The position numbers and the translations under genes were made by a program. The notes below the pieces were generated by a model. That model searched no databases and had not been told where the DNA came from. It worked only from the letters and a program-made list of their open reading frames with translations. Positions 20,506-28,290 of a stretch of DNA of 64,000 nucleotides are shown here, one piece after another. Position 1 is the stretch's first letter, and every line of letters begins with the position of its first letter. This DNA is from an uncultured Erysipelotrichaceae bacterium. Lineage in GTDB: Bacteria; Bacillota_I; Bacilli_A; RFN20; CAG-826. The stretch is from assembly GCA_902800905.1 (NCBI GenBank), contig CADCGC010000001.1, positions 117,336-181,335 on the forward strand, given 5' to 3'.

Positions 20506-21869
20506 TCAAAACTATATAAATCGTTTGGATCTATACAAGATTCGTCTTTCTTTTCATAACCAGAAATAGAGAGGAAATGAACACTATTGACGTCTAGTTC
20601 AGTAATGCGTTTCACTTGTTCTTTTTCTTTAAACATCTCTATTTTGGTAAGTAAATGATCAGGTTTATAATATTTCACTTCAACAATATCATAGGTGTTA
20701 TTGCTTAATTTCAAAGCAACATCAAACTCTCCGTTTTTCCTATTAACTTTATCGTTATAGTGATATCTTCCAATATTGATGATGTCGTTTCTTTTCCCAC
20801 TTAATGATAATAAAGAATAATATTGCCTAACTTGTTCCTCAAATCTAAATGAAATGAATTTGTTAATCGTATTAGCAATATAGTTATCATAAATAGTGTC
20901 TTTATTAATAACTTCTAAAAGTGAAATATTAGAGTACACAAATGTGTAGAAAAATCTAATCGCATTATCTTTTAATTCATAGGTTGATAATTTTGGGTTA
21001 TCCAATTTATTTATAGGGTTAGTCTTATCAAGGAGCCCCATTTCAATAAGGGTTTTGAGTCTTTTGAACATATTCCCGTTCTTTTGAACTCCAAGTCCAG
21101 TTTCAATCTCCGTAAGAGTGTTCTTGCCATTTTTCAAAAAAGAACATAGTTCTTTAATTGATAACGCTGGAGAGAGATCAGTAAACAATATTTTGTTCGC
21201 GTAATTAAAGACATCGTTATCAATTGTTAAAAAGGTATTCATGATATTCTCTTTTAACGATAAAGATGGGTCAATCTCCTTTAACACAAATGGAGAACCG
21301 CCAAAAATAGAATAAAACGCTACTTTGTTATATAAGTCCTTATTTGGATAAAAATATGAAGCTTCAACATAATTAAGCTCTTCGAGCAATAAAGAATGAT
21401 GAATCCTGCCATATAAAGGATTTCCTTCATTTAATAAAGAAGACATAATTCTAATTTGTGATCCACATAAAATAAGATGGATATTAGTTAAATAGTTATC
21501 ACAGACATTTTGAAAATCAGAATCGATGATTTTTGAATCAGTATAGGTAGATAAATAACAATATTCATCAATAACAATATATAAAGGCTTGTTAAGTAAG
21601 TTTAAGATATAAAAAATTTGGCTAAAACTTGTTGCATTAATTCTTTCTTTGATCACTCCAAAATAAATTAGAGCGTTTTCAAATTGGAGAAGATTAAATT
21701 CAAGACTATTTTCATAACATTGAAAATATAAGAACGAATGATTCTTTAGCGATTCTTTAATCAAAGCAGTCTTTCCCACTCTTCTTTTACCATATAGTAA
21801 AAAAGCACCTGAAGGACCATCAACATATTTTTTAAGAACTTCTAATTCTTTTTTTCTTCCAACAAACAT
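20499..21869 (-). CDS. Archaeal-type AAA ATPase with wHTH and PD-(D/E)XK-like C-terminus
   Basis: FVGRKKEL, YGKRRVGKT, IVIDE, PLYGR, GEFDVA..IVEVKY. Confidence 0.85.
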   Translation of the reverse strand: MFVGRKKELEVLKKYVDGPSGAFLLYGKRRVGKTALIKESLKNHSFLYFQCYENSLEFNLLQFENALIYFGVIKERINATSFSQIFYILNLLNKPLYIVIDEYCYLSTYTDSKIIDSDFQNVCDNYLTNIHLILCGSQIRIMSSLLNEGNPLYGRIHHSLLLEELNYVEASYFYPNKDLYNKVAFYSIFGGSPFVLKEIDPSLSLKENIMNTFLTIDNDVFNYANKILFTDLSPALSIKELCSFLKNGKNTLTEIETGLGVQKNGNMFKRLKTLIEMGLLDKTNPINKLDNPKLSTYELKDNAIRFFYTFVYSNISLLEVINKDTIYDNYIANTINKFISFRFEEQVRQYYSLLSLSGKRNDIINIGRYHYNDKVNRKNGEFDVALKLSNNTYDIVEVKYYKPDHLLTKIEMFKEKEQVKRITELDVNSVHFLSISGYEKKDESCIDPNDLYSFDF

Positions 21870-21904
21870 ACATAACATCTCCAATCTTTCAATATCATTA
21901 TAAA

Positions 21905-21946
21905 TTTCTATGAATTCAAATTCAATGAAAATAAATTCATTAAAAA
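21905..21946. repeat. 42-bp direct repeat, copy 2, containing the ATPase promoter -35
   Basis: Identical to 20464-20505. The minus strand reads TTGAAT-17-TATAAT. Confidence 0.9.
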
Positions 21947-21965
21947 ATAAATGATTAATTCAAAT

Positions 21966-21992
21966 AAAAAGAGGCTCAATAATGAAACCTCT
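21966..21992 (-). terminator. Probable terminator downstream of the MNT gene
   Basis: Minus strand agaggtttcattattgagcctct followed by ttttt. Confidence 0.6.
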
Positions 21993-22079
21993 ATTGTTCG
22001 TCACCTAAGATATAATCACAATAATTCAAAAGCTGGTTTATATCATTGAGTGTAGTATTCCACACTCTATGTTCCGCGC

Positions 22080-22535
22080 TTAATGTATTTTGATCTTGTC
22101 TTCTTCCAATTGTTCTTTAAAATAATCATCCATCTTAGATCCTATGAAAACAATATCAACTTCTTTTCCTAGCGCTTCAATTAATTCGTCTTCTAAGAAA
22201 CCTTGATCAATAAATGTTTTTATATTTCCAGCTTCACAATAAATATCAACATCACTATCTCTATTAGCGTCTCCTCTCGCGTAGCTACCAAACAAATACA
22301 CTTCGTTAATATTATGTTTTTTTAATATTGGAAGGATTCTATCTTTGATTTGTTTAATTGTGAGAACACCTGGATTGATATCACTTTCAATTAAAGAATG
22401 AATATAAGCGTTCATACTAGGAACAGACATCAATTTGTCGATAATCTCAACATCATCTTTTCTCACTCTAAAAGGAAACATCTTGTAGGTGTTTTTATTG
22501 TAATTGCCAATATATTCTTTTTGATTGAATGACAT
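22080..22535 (-). CDS. RHH-like domain fused to a minimal nucleotidyltransferase (MNT), no HEPN partner
   Basis: YLFGSYARGDANRDSDVDI. N-terminus YNKNTYKMFPFRVRKDD..SMNAYI is RHH-like. Confidence 0.8.
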   Translation of the reverse strand: MSFNQKEYIGNYNKNTYKMFPFRVRKDDVEIIDKLMSVPSMNAYIHSLIESDINPGVLTIKQIKDRILPILKKHNINEVYLFGSYARGDANRDSDVDIYCEAGNIKTFIDQGFLEDELIEALGKEVDIVFIGSKMDDYFKEQLEEDKIKIH

Positions 22536-22619
22536 ATAGAAATATCCTTTTCGTACATATGATATCATATGTTAATTAGAATATCAAAACATATCTCTAT
22601 GATATTCAATATATCGAAT

Positions 22620-24215
22620 TTATTTGTTAAGTAATTCTAATAGCTCTTCCGCTGCTAATTTTGGATTATCTTTTCCATTTGGTAAAGCTAAGCCAGTAAA
22701 TAATTCACCAACACCAATGTGGTGATTATATAAATTAGAGAAATATAAATCTAACAATACATCAGTCTTGTCTTTAAGCTGTAATGGTCCAAATGGATTA
22801 GCGAAATAAGTCGCCACCATTCCTTCTTCACTTGTTGTGCCTAACGCGATACGTCTACCTTCTTTAAAGATATCTAAAGCTTTAGATGAATCACTAATAA
22901 AGACAATCTTCTTATCATGTTCTTTATAGTTATTCGCATAGAAGACATAATCAACTTTATATTTCTTAATCACATCGTGATATGGAGTGATAGGTAACAC
23001 TAGTCTCGCGTTCTTTCCATTTGGATTAAGGAAGATCGCTCGATCAAAGACTTTATAGACATAGTCATGGGCTAAATCATCAGTTCTAACAAACGCACCT
23101 ATTTCTGTTCCATAGGTAACTACTTGTCCATCTTCAATTTCAAATGTTCCCATATCATCATAGATTGTTAGTATGTCTAATATCTCTCCATTAGATATTT
23201 CTCTAAGAGCCTCTAGGGTTTCGGATTTACCCGCTCCTGAATCTCCAATTAAAACAATATTTTTTCTTTTTCCGTTTTTTAGTAAAATTGACACTCCCGC
23301 TCCATGGATTGGTAATCTACTAGAATTAATCATTCTAATATTATGTGTAGTTAATATGATTTTTTTCATATAACCAAAATAATCAATCTTATCTGACTCT
23401 ACTAAAGAGGCAATATAAATATCATTATCTTTATCGTAATAAATGCCGTCTAATGTATTAGAACCAAATAATATAATCGCATCTGGTTTATTAATCTTAT
23501 ATTCATCATCTAATTGGAATAAATTAGATAATGACACTCCTAAAGATATATATCTTCTTTTGAAATATACAAATATTCTACTAGTGCCCACTAGTAACGG
23601 AATCATCATCCAATCACTATCAGAAAACTTTAATCCTTCAATTGGATTAGTGGTAATAATAGGAAATACACCTGTTCTTTTATTGGAAATGGAGTAAGAC
23701 ACAAAAGGAGTTCTAAAAGCAATCTTAGAAATAACTTTCGAAGGTTTTAAAGTATCATAAGGAACCTTCTTAGTTTTATCCAATAACATAAAAGCATCTG
23801 CAAAAGCAGGTAATTGTCGATATACAGAAAACTTCTTTCCTGTTAATCGATAACATAAATCACGATATGTCTTAAGTAATGTTTCATTAAAAGAATCAAA
23901 TTGAGTTAAGAAATTATCTTCATTAATGAAATATGATTTATTGATATCAGAAAGAATATATCTTTTACTACTTCTCCAATAGTCATATATCTTTTCTAAT
24001 GTGTCATATAACATGGAAGGATTTTTAATATGTTTAGTGTTATTACCTAATACTTCATAAAATCCTTTAGCTAAATCATCTCCATATATCATTTCTTTAA
24101 CTTTAATAGATGGATTATCTAATAGAAAATCATTAACAACACTCTCAAAAATATCATTATTCAAATAATTGAAATTCTTTTTAGTTATATCAATAAAATA
24201 GACTCGATCTTTCAT
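22620..24215 (-). CDS. PEP carboxykinase-like P-loop protein
   Basis: FGYMKK, LPIHGA, GDSGAGKSE, DDMG, GTEIGAFVR, ANPFGP. Confidence 0.65.
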   Translation of the reverse strand: MKDRVYFIDITKKNFNYLNNDIFESVVNDFLLDNPSIKVKEMIYGDDLAKGFYEVLGNNTKHIKNPSMLYDTLEKIYDYWRSSKRYILSDINKSYFINEDNFLTQFDSFNETLLKTYRDLCYRLTGKKFSVYRQLPAFADAFMLLDKTKKVPYDTLKPSKVISKIAFRTPFVSYSISNKRTGVFPIITTNPIEGLKFSDSDWMMIPLLVGTSRIFVYFKRRYISLGVSLSNLFQLDDEYKINKPDAIILFGSNTLDGIYYDKDNDIYIASLVESDKIDYFGYMKKIILTTHNIRMINSSRLPIHGAGVSILLKNGKRKNIVLIGDSGAGKSETLEALREISNGEILDILTIYDDMGTFEIEDGQVVTYGTEIGAFVRTDDLAHDYVYKVFDRAIFLNPNGKNARLVLPITPYHDVIKKYKVDYVFYANNYKEHDKKIVFISDSSKALDIFKEGRRIALGTTSEEGMVATYFANPFGPLQLKDKTDVLLDLYFSNLYNHHIGVGELFTGLALPNGKDNPKLAAEELLELLNK

Positions 24216-25375
24216 TTGCTTAATTCCTTAATAACATCACATAATATATTAATCGCTTCTTTTAATTTTTCTATATCTAAATAAGAAGGGGCAATTCTAA
24301 TATTAGAATTAGTTGGATCATTATGATATGGATATGTCGCTCCCGCATCAGTAAGAATAACTCCTCTACTCTTACAAAGTTCCACCACTTCTTTAGCGAT
24401 ACCTTTAACATTTAAAGATATAAAATATCCTCCTAAAGGTTTAGTCCAAGTAGCGAGTCCTTTTAATTCTTTATCAAATATTGATTCCACTAATTCAAAT
24501 TTTGGTCTAAGAATATCCGCATGTTTTTTCATATGGAGCTTAACTCCATTAATATCTTTAAAATATTTAACATGTCTTAACTGATTAATCTTATCATGAG
24601 ATATAGTCTGATATTTCATTTGATTTAAAATATCTAAGATATTATTAGAAGAGGCCGCTAAAGCGGCTACTCCCGCTCCTGGGAAAGTAATCTTACTAGT
24701 AGAAGTAAAGATATATACTAAATCACTATTATTTACTTTACTTGCTTCAGTAAATATATTTAATAATTCATCTTTTGATTCATTATATAAATCATGAATG
24801 ATATAAGCGTTATCCCAATATATTCTAAAATCTTTAGCTTTAGGTTTTAGTCTAGCAAATCTTCTTACTACTTCGTCACTATATGTAACTCCGGTAGGAT
24901 TAGAATATTTAGGAACACACCAAATGCCTTTAACATATTCATCTTTAATATATTCTTCAATTAAATCCATATCTGGACCATCATCGTTAAGAGGAATATT
25001 AATCATTTCAATATTAAAATATTCAGTTATAGCAAAATGTCTATCATATCCTGGAACAGGACATAACCATTTGATCTTAGGCAGTTTACACCAAGGAGTA
25101 CATCCATTCACTCCATGAGAATAACTCTTAGATATCAAATCATACATGATATTTAATGATGAATTACCATATATAATGACATTATCTTTAGATACACCTA
25201 AAATATCTCCAAATAATGATTTACATTCTTCAATACCGGATAATATTCCATAATTACGATAATCAATATCGTTATTAATCAAATCATCACTATTGAGTAC
25301 ATTTAAAATATCATTAGATAAATCTAATTGATCTTTATTTGGTTTTCCTCTTGCTAGATTAATTACTTTAGTCAT
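24212..25375 (-). CDS. Aspartate aminotransferase-like PLP enzyme
   Basis: LARGKP, RNYG, CPVPGYDRHF, VPKYSNPTG, WDNAY, STSKITFPGAG. Confidence 0.85.
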   Translation of the reverse strand: MTKVINLARGKPNKDQLDLSNDILNVLNSDDLINNDIDYRNYGILSGIEECKSLFGDILGVSKDNVIIYGNSSLNIMYDLISKSYSHGVNGCTPWCKLPKIKWLCPVPGYDRHFAITEYFNIEMINIPLNDDGPDMDLIEEYIKDEYVKGIWCVPKYSNPTGVTYSDEVVRRFARLKPKAKDFRIYWDNAYIIHDLYNESKDELLNIFTEASKVNNSDLVYIFTSTSKITFPGAGVAALAASSNNILDILNQMKYQTISHDKINQLRHVKYFKDINGVKLHMKKHADILRPKFELVESIFDKELKGLATWTKPLGGYFISLNVKGIAKEVVELCKSRGVILTDAGATYPYHNDPTNSNIRIAPSYLDIEKLKEAINILCDVIKELSK

Positions 25376-25466
25376 TTGTAGTATTGTAATACTAATTCCA
25401 ATTATTTACACTCTTAAGATTCTTTTCACATCATCTATAAACATCAAAGATATAATGAAAGATGGA

Positions 25467-26213
25467 TTATAGTTCAATTATTCCTAAATCCACAAAAGAC
25501 AAGAAAACCAACGAAAGAGTGATATATGCTCCACTTTGTTTATAGTAATTGTCTTGAGATGAGAGAATACAGCAATTCATTTCTTCCATATCATCAAGCA
25601 CGCTATTATCAAAACGTTGTTCTTGTAGAATTCTCAAAATGGTTTTTATCATTGATTCGGCGCCAGTTAGCAATTCTTTTTCTTTTATGTCACAAACATC
25701 ATATTTTTTCGCGTAACATTTCATTGAATCACTAGTCGCACAATTTACATCATCTCCAAAACACTCACAAAGTAATGACTGAACACATGGGTAACTTACT
25801 AAAAGCAAACCGTTAATTTCTAGATTGTTATCTAAGGAATTCTTAAATGTTTTAAATAGTGATTTAAATTTTTTATAAGAGTTGCTTCCTATATCTCTAT
25901 CGAATATCAAATATCTAGCGCACTCATCTTTTTCTAATCCATAGCCTTTTAACTTTGAATATATGTATTCTACATAACCAACAGAATCCTCAATTTTGCT
26001 TATTGCAGAATATTTCATAGGAACTATAAACGCTTTTGAATATTTATCGTTTGGGTTAAATAAGTATGTGACATTATCATTTCTTTTATCGTAAGTTACA
26101 ACTGAATAATGCAGAACATCACTAAATATATGTCGTAAAATGAGCACTTCGTCGACATCGCCTTCTACCAAATATAAAACCTTTCCAATTCTTTTATTTG
26201 GTTTTAGCTTCAT
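25467..26213 (-). CDS. RloB-like TOPRIM-fold protein (pair 1)
   Basis: YLVEGDVDE, LIFDRD, VSYPCVQ. Overlaps the upstream ATPase. Confidence 0.6.
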   Translation of the reverse strand: MKLKPNKRIGKVLYLVEGDVDEVLILRHIFSDVLHYSVVTYDKRNDNVTYLFNPNDKYSKAFIVPMKYSAISKIEDSVGYVEYIYSKLKGYGLEKDECARYLIFDRDIGSNSYKKFKSLFKTFKNSLDNNLEINGLLLVSYPCVQSLLCECFGDDVNCATSDSMKCYAKKYDVCDIKEKELLTGAESMIKTILRILQEQRFDNSVLDDMEEMNCCILSSQDNYYKQSGAYITLSLVFLSFVDLGIIEL

Positions 26214-27354
26214 ATAAAGGAATGCCCCCAAATGCACCACTTAGATACATTTTTTCCATATTTTGTGATTCCCTCATTCCGTGCGAAGAAAACTTTGTGA
26301 TAACTGAACTGTTGTTTTCGAAATCAACAGCATAGACTTGATCTGGTCTAATAATGCTGGTCTTTAAGATATTTGTTGAATGCGAGACAAAAAACATCTG
26401 ACCATCACTACATTTTTCAAAGAAGTAACGCACCAACAATTCCTCCAAATCATTATGAAAACCGCTAGAAAACTCATCAATTGCTAGCATTCCACCGCCA
26501 TTAACTACTGTTAAATACGATGGAAGGAAAGATAATAATATTTGATTGCCAACTGATTCCATATAAAACGGAATTGGAGCCAAATCTTTTCTTTGAAAAA
26601 AGATTCTATACTCCGCAGGTATTAGCTGGACAGTTGGAAAAGCACCAGCATTATATTTTCTTGATTGATAAGAAATAGTGAAAGGGAAATCAAAGTATTG
26701 CAAAAAATCATTGATATCTTTTTCACCATGGAGTTCTAAATATTGTTCTAAAAACAACTCTTGGCCTTTCTTTTGGTCAAAAGAAACGAATTTAAATACA
26801 TCTCTAATTGGATTAAAGAAGATTGATTTTTTTAGGTAATCAAACCACTTATTTAGCACAGGTCTCCCGGTGAATTTAGTGTTAAAATAAATATTTCTTA
26901 AGAATAAGGTGTTTCTGTCTACTTCATCATAATCTGTGTTTTCAGTTATAAACGATTTTGCCGATCCAATTTGTCTGTCTAATAGCAAGTCATCATCTTG
27001 ATATAATTTTTCATCGGTAATGCCTTTTACTCTATCAAACCCAAAAGAATAGACAACCTTGTGGCCATCAATCCTAAAACCATATTCAAACCACATCTTT
27101 TTTTCTTCGTTGAATCTAGTGAAACAATCAGGGGATACCGAATAAGGTTTAAAAAGAAGATCTAAGAGAATTGTTATGGCGTTTAAAGCATTAGTTTTCC
27201 CAGACGCGTTTGATCCATAAAAAGCACAACCCTTTAATACACCTTCTTTTGAAATGTTTGTTTCGTTTAGATACTCAATTTTAGATGGCCTGAGGTCAAC
27301 AAAAGTCTCATTAGTAAATGATTTAAAATTTTTAAATTTAACTGTTTCCAACAT
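26194..27354 (-). CDS. ABC-type ATPase, AAA_21/RloA-like (pair 1)
   Basis: KNFKSF, GSNASGKT, ESVG, AIDEFSSGFH, VSHS, RPDQ, YLSGAFGGIP. Confidence 0.85.
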   Translation of the reverse strand: MLETVKFKNFKSFTNETFVDLRPSKIEYLNETNISKEGVLKGCAFYGSNASGKTNALNAITILLDLLFKPYSVSPDCFTRFNEEKKMWFEYGFRIDGHKVVYSFGFDRVKGITDEKLYQDDDLLLDRQIGSAKSFITENTDYDEVDRNTLFLRNIYFNTKFTGRPVLNKWFDYLKKSIFFNPIRDVFKFVSFDQKKGQELFLEQYLELHGEKDINDFLQYFDFPFTISYQSRKYNAGAFPTVQLIPAEYRIFFQRKDLAPIPFYMESVGNQILLSFLPSYLTVVNGGGMLAIDEFSSGFHNDLEELLVRYFFEKCSDGQMFFVSHSTNILKTSIIRPDQVYAVDFENNSSVITKFSSHGMRESQNMEKMYLSGAFGGIPLYEAKTK

Positions 27355-27355
27355 A

Positions 27356-27432
27356 TTTTTTACACTTTCTGACTACATTGTAGTATTTTTTTTACATATC
27401 GTCAACTTTCTAATGTAATTTTTTTACACTTT
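27356..27432 (-). promoter_or_regulatory. Sigma-A promoter flanked by two 13-bp direct repeats
   Basis: Minus-strand TTGACG-17-TACAAT. ttttttacacttt at 27356 and 27420. Confidence 0.55.
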
Positions 27433-27523
27433 TGCTTGATAATTCATGCATTCTTATATATCTTAAATATGGTAAACCAAGTGGCGAATCCACTATAAAA
27501 TTCAAACAAAAGGAGAGGCGCAA

Positions 27524-27928
27524 ATGACAATTAATAAGGACTTAGCGATGAAGCTATGGAACGACATCTATGGGGATAAGCGATTTGTTCAAGATTGTTT
27601 TGGAACCTGGATGTGCAGAGATGCATATAGCAACGAAGTTGTTTCTATGAAGGATCACCTAGGCGGACCAAACTATTATGATTATAGTTGGAACGTTGAT
27701 CATATTAGGCCTAAATCAAGTTTTGTGAATGAACAAGAAGCCGATTCATACAACAACTTCGAATTGATTCACCGACAAAACAATCTTCAAAAAAGCGATG
27801 ATTATCCTCATTTCCAAGTAAATCACAAACAATATCGAGTCGTTAAAAATTTAAACGGTGGATATGGGATTGTAGATTCAAACGGAATAAGAGTTGATTG
27901 GAAAAAAGACGGAAGATACTATCGCTAA
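27524..27928 (+). CDS. HNH-like endonuclease
   Basis: WNVDHIRPKS..NFELIHRQNNLQKSDDYP, with an AGGAG RBS. Confidence 0.75.
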   Translation: MTINKDLAMKLWNDIYGDKRFVQDCFGTWMCRDAYSNEVVSMKDHLGGPNYYDYSWNVDHIRPKSSFVNEQEADSYNNFELIHRQNNLQKSDDYPHFQVNHKQYRVVKNLNGGYGIVDSNGIRVDWKKDGRYYR

Positions 27929-27930
27929 AT

Positions 27931-27985
27931 AAAAAGCATCCAAATAAAATCATCTGTCAGCGAGATTATAGGAGGATGCTTTTTT
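27931..27985. terminator. Terminator-like stem with a long structured loop
   Basis: aaaaagcatcc...ggatgcttttt. Confidence 0.55.
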
Positions 27986-28290
27986 AATTCTATCCAAAAC
28001 AAGTGGTAATGTAAATAATGATTAAATACGTATTCAAACTTAAAAGAATCGCGCAAAAGAGTGTATATAACAGAAAAGCTTTGTAGGAAAACATCGGTTG
28101 AAAATACTAGTTTTCTGCGATGTTATTCTGTTAAATACAAATATAAAAGATTATAACGCTATTATTAATTTGCAAATATATATAAGGTGATTATCCGACT
28201 ATAAAATCACACCACTGAATGGCGAGATTAACAAATAATCATTAAATCATGAACAAAAGTTTGCAAAACACAAAAATGTCCGTGATTGAT

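Noticed and set aside
28062-28139. Hairpin with TAAC...GTTAAAT ends resembling an integron attC site
   Set aside because: Arm spacers are very asymmetric (about 18 versus 5 nt), it does not recur between other genes, and no integrase is present.
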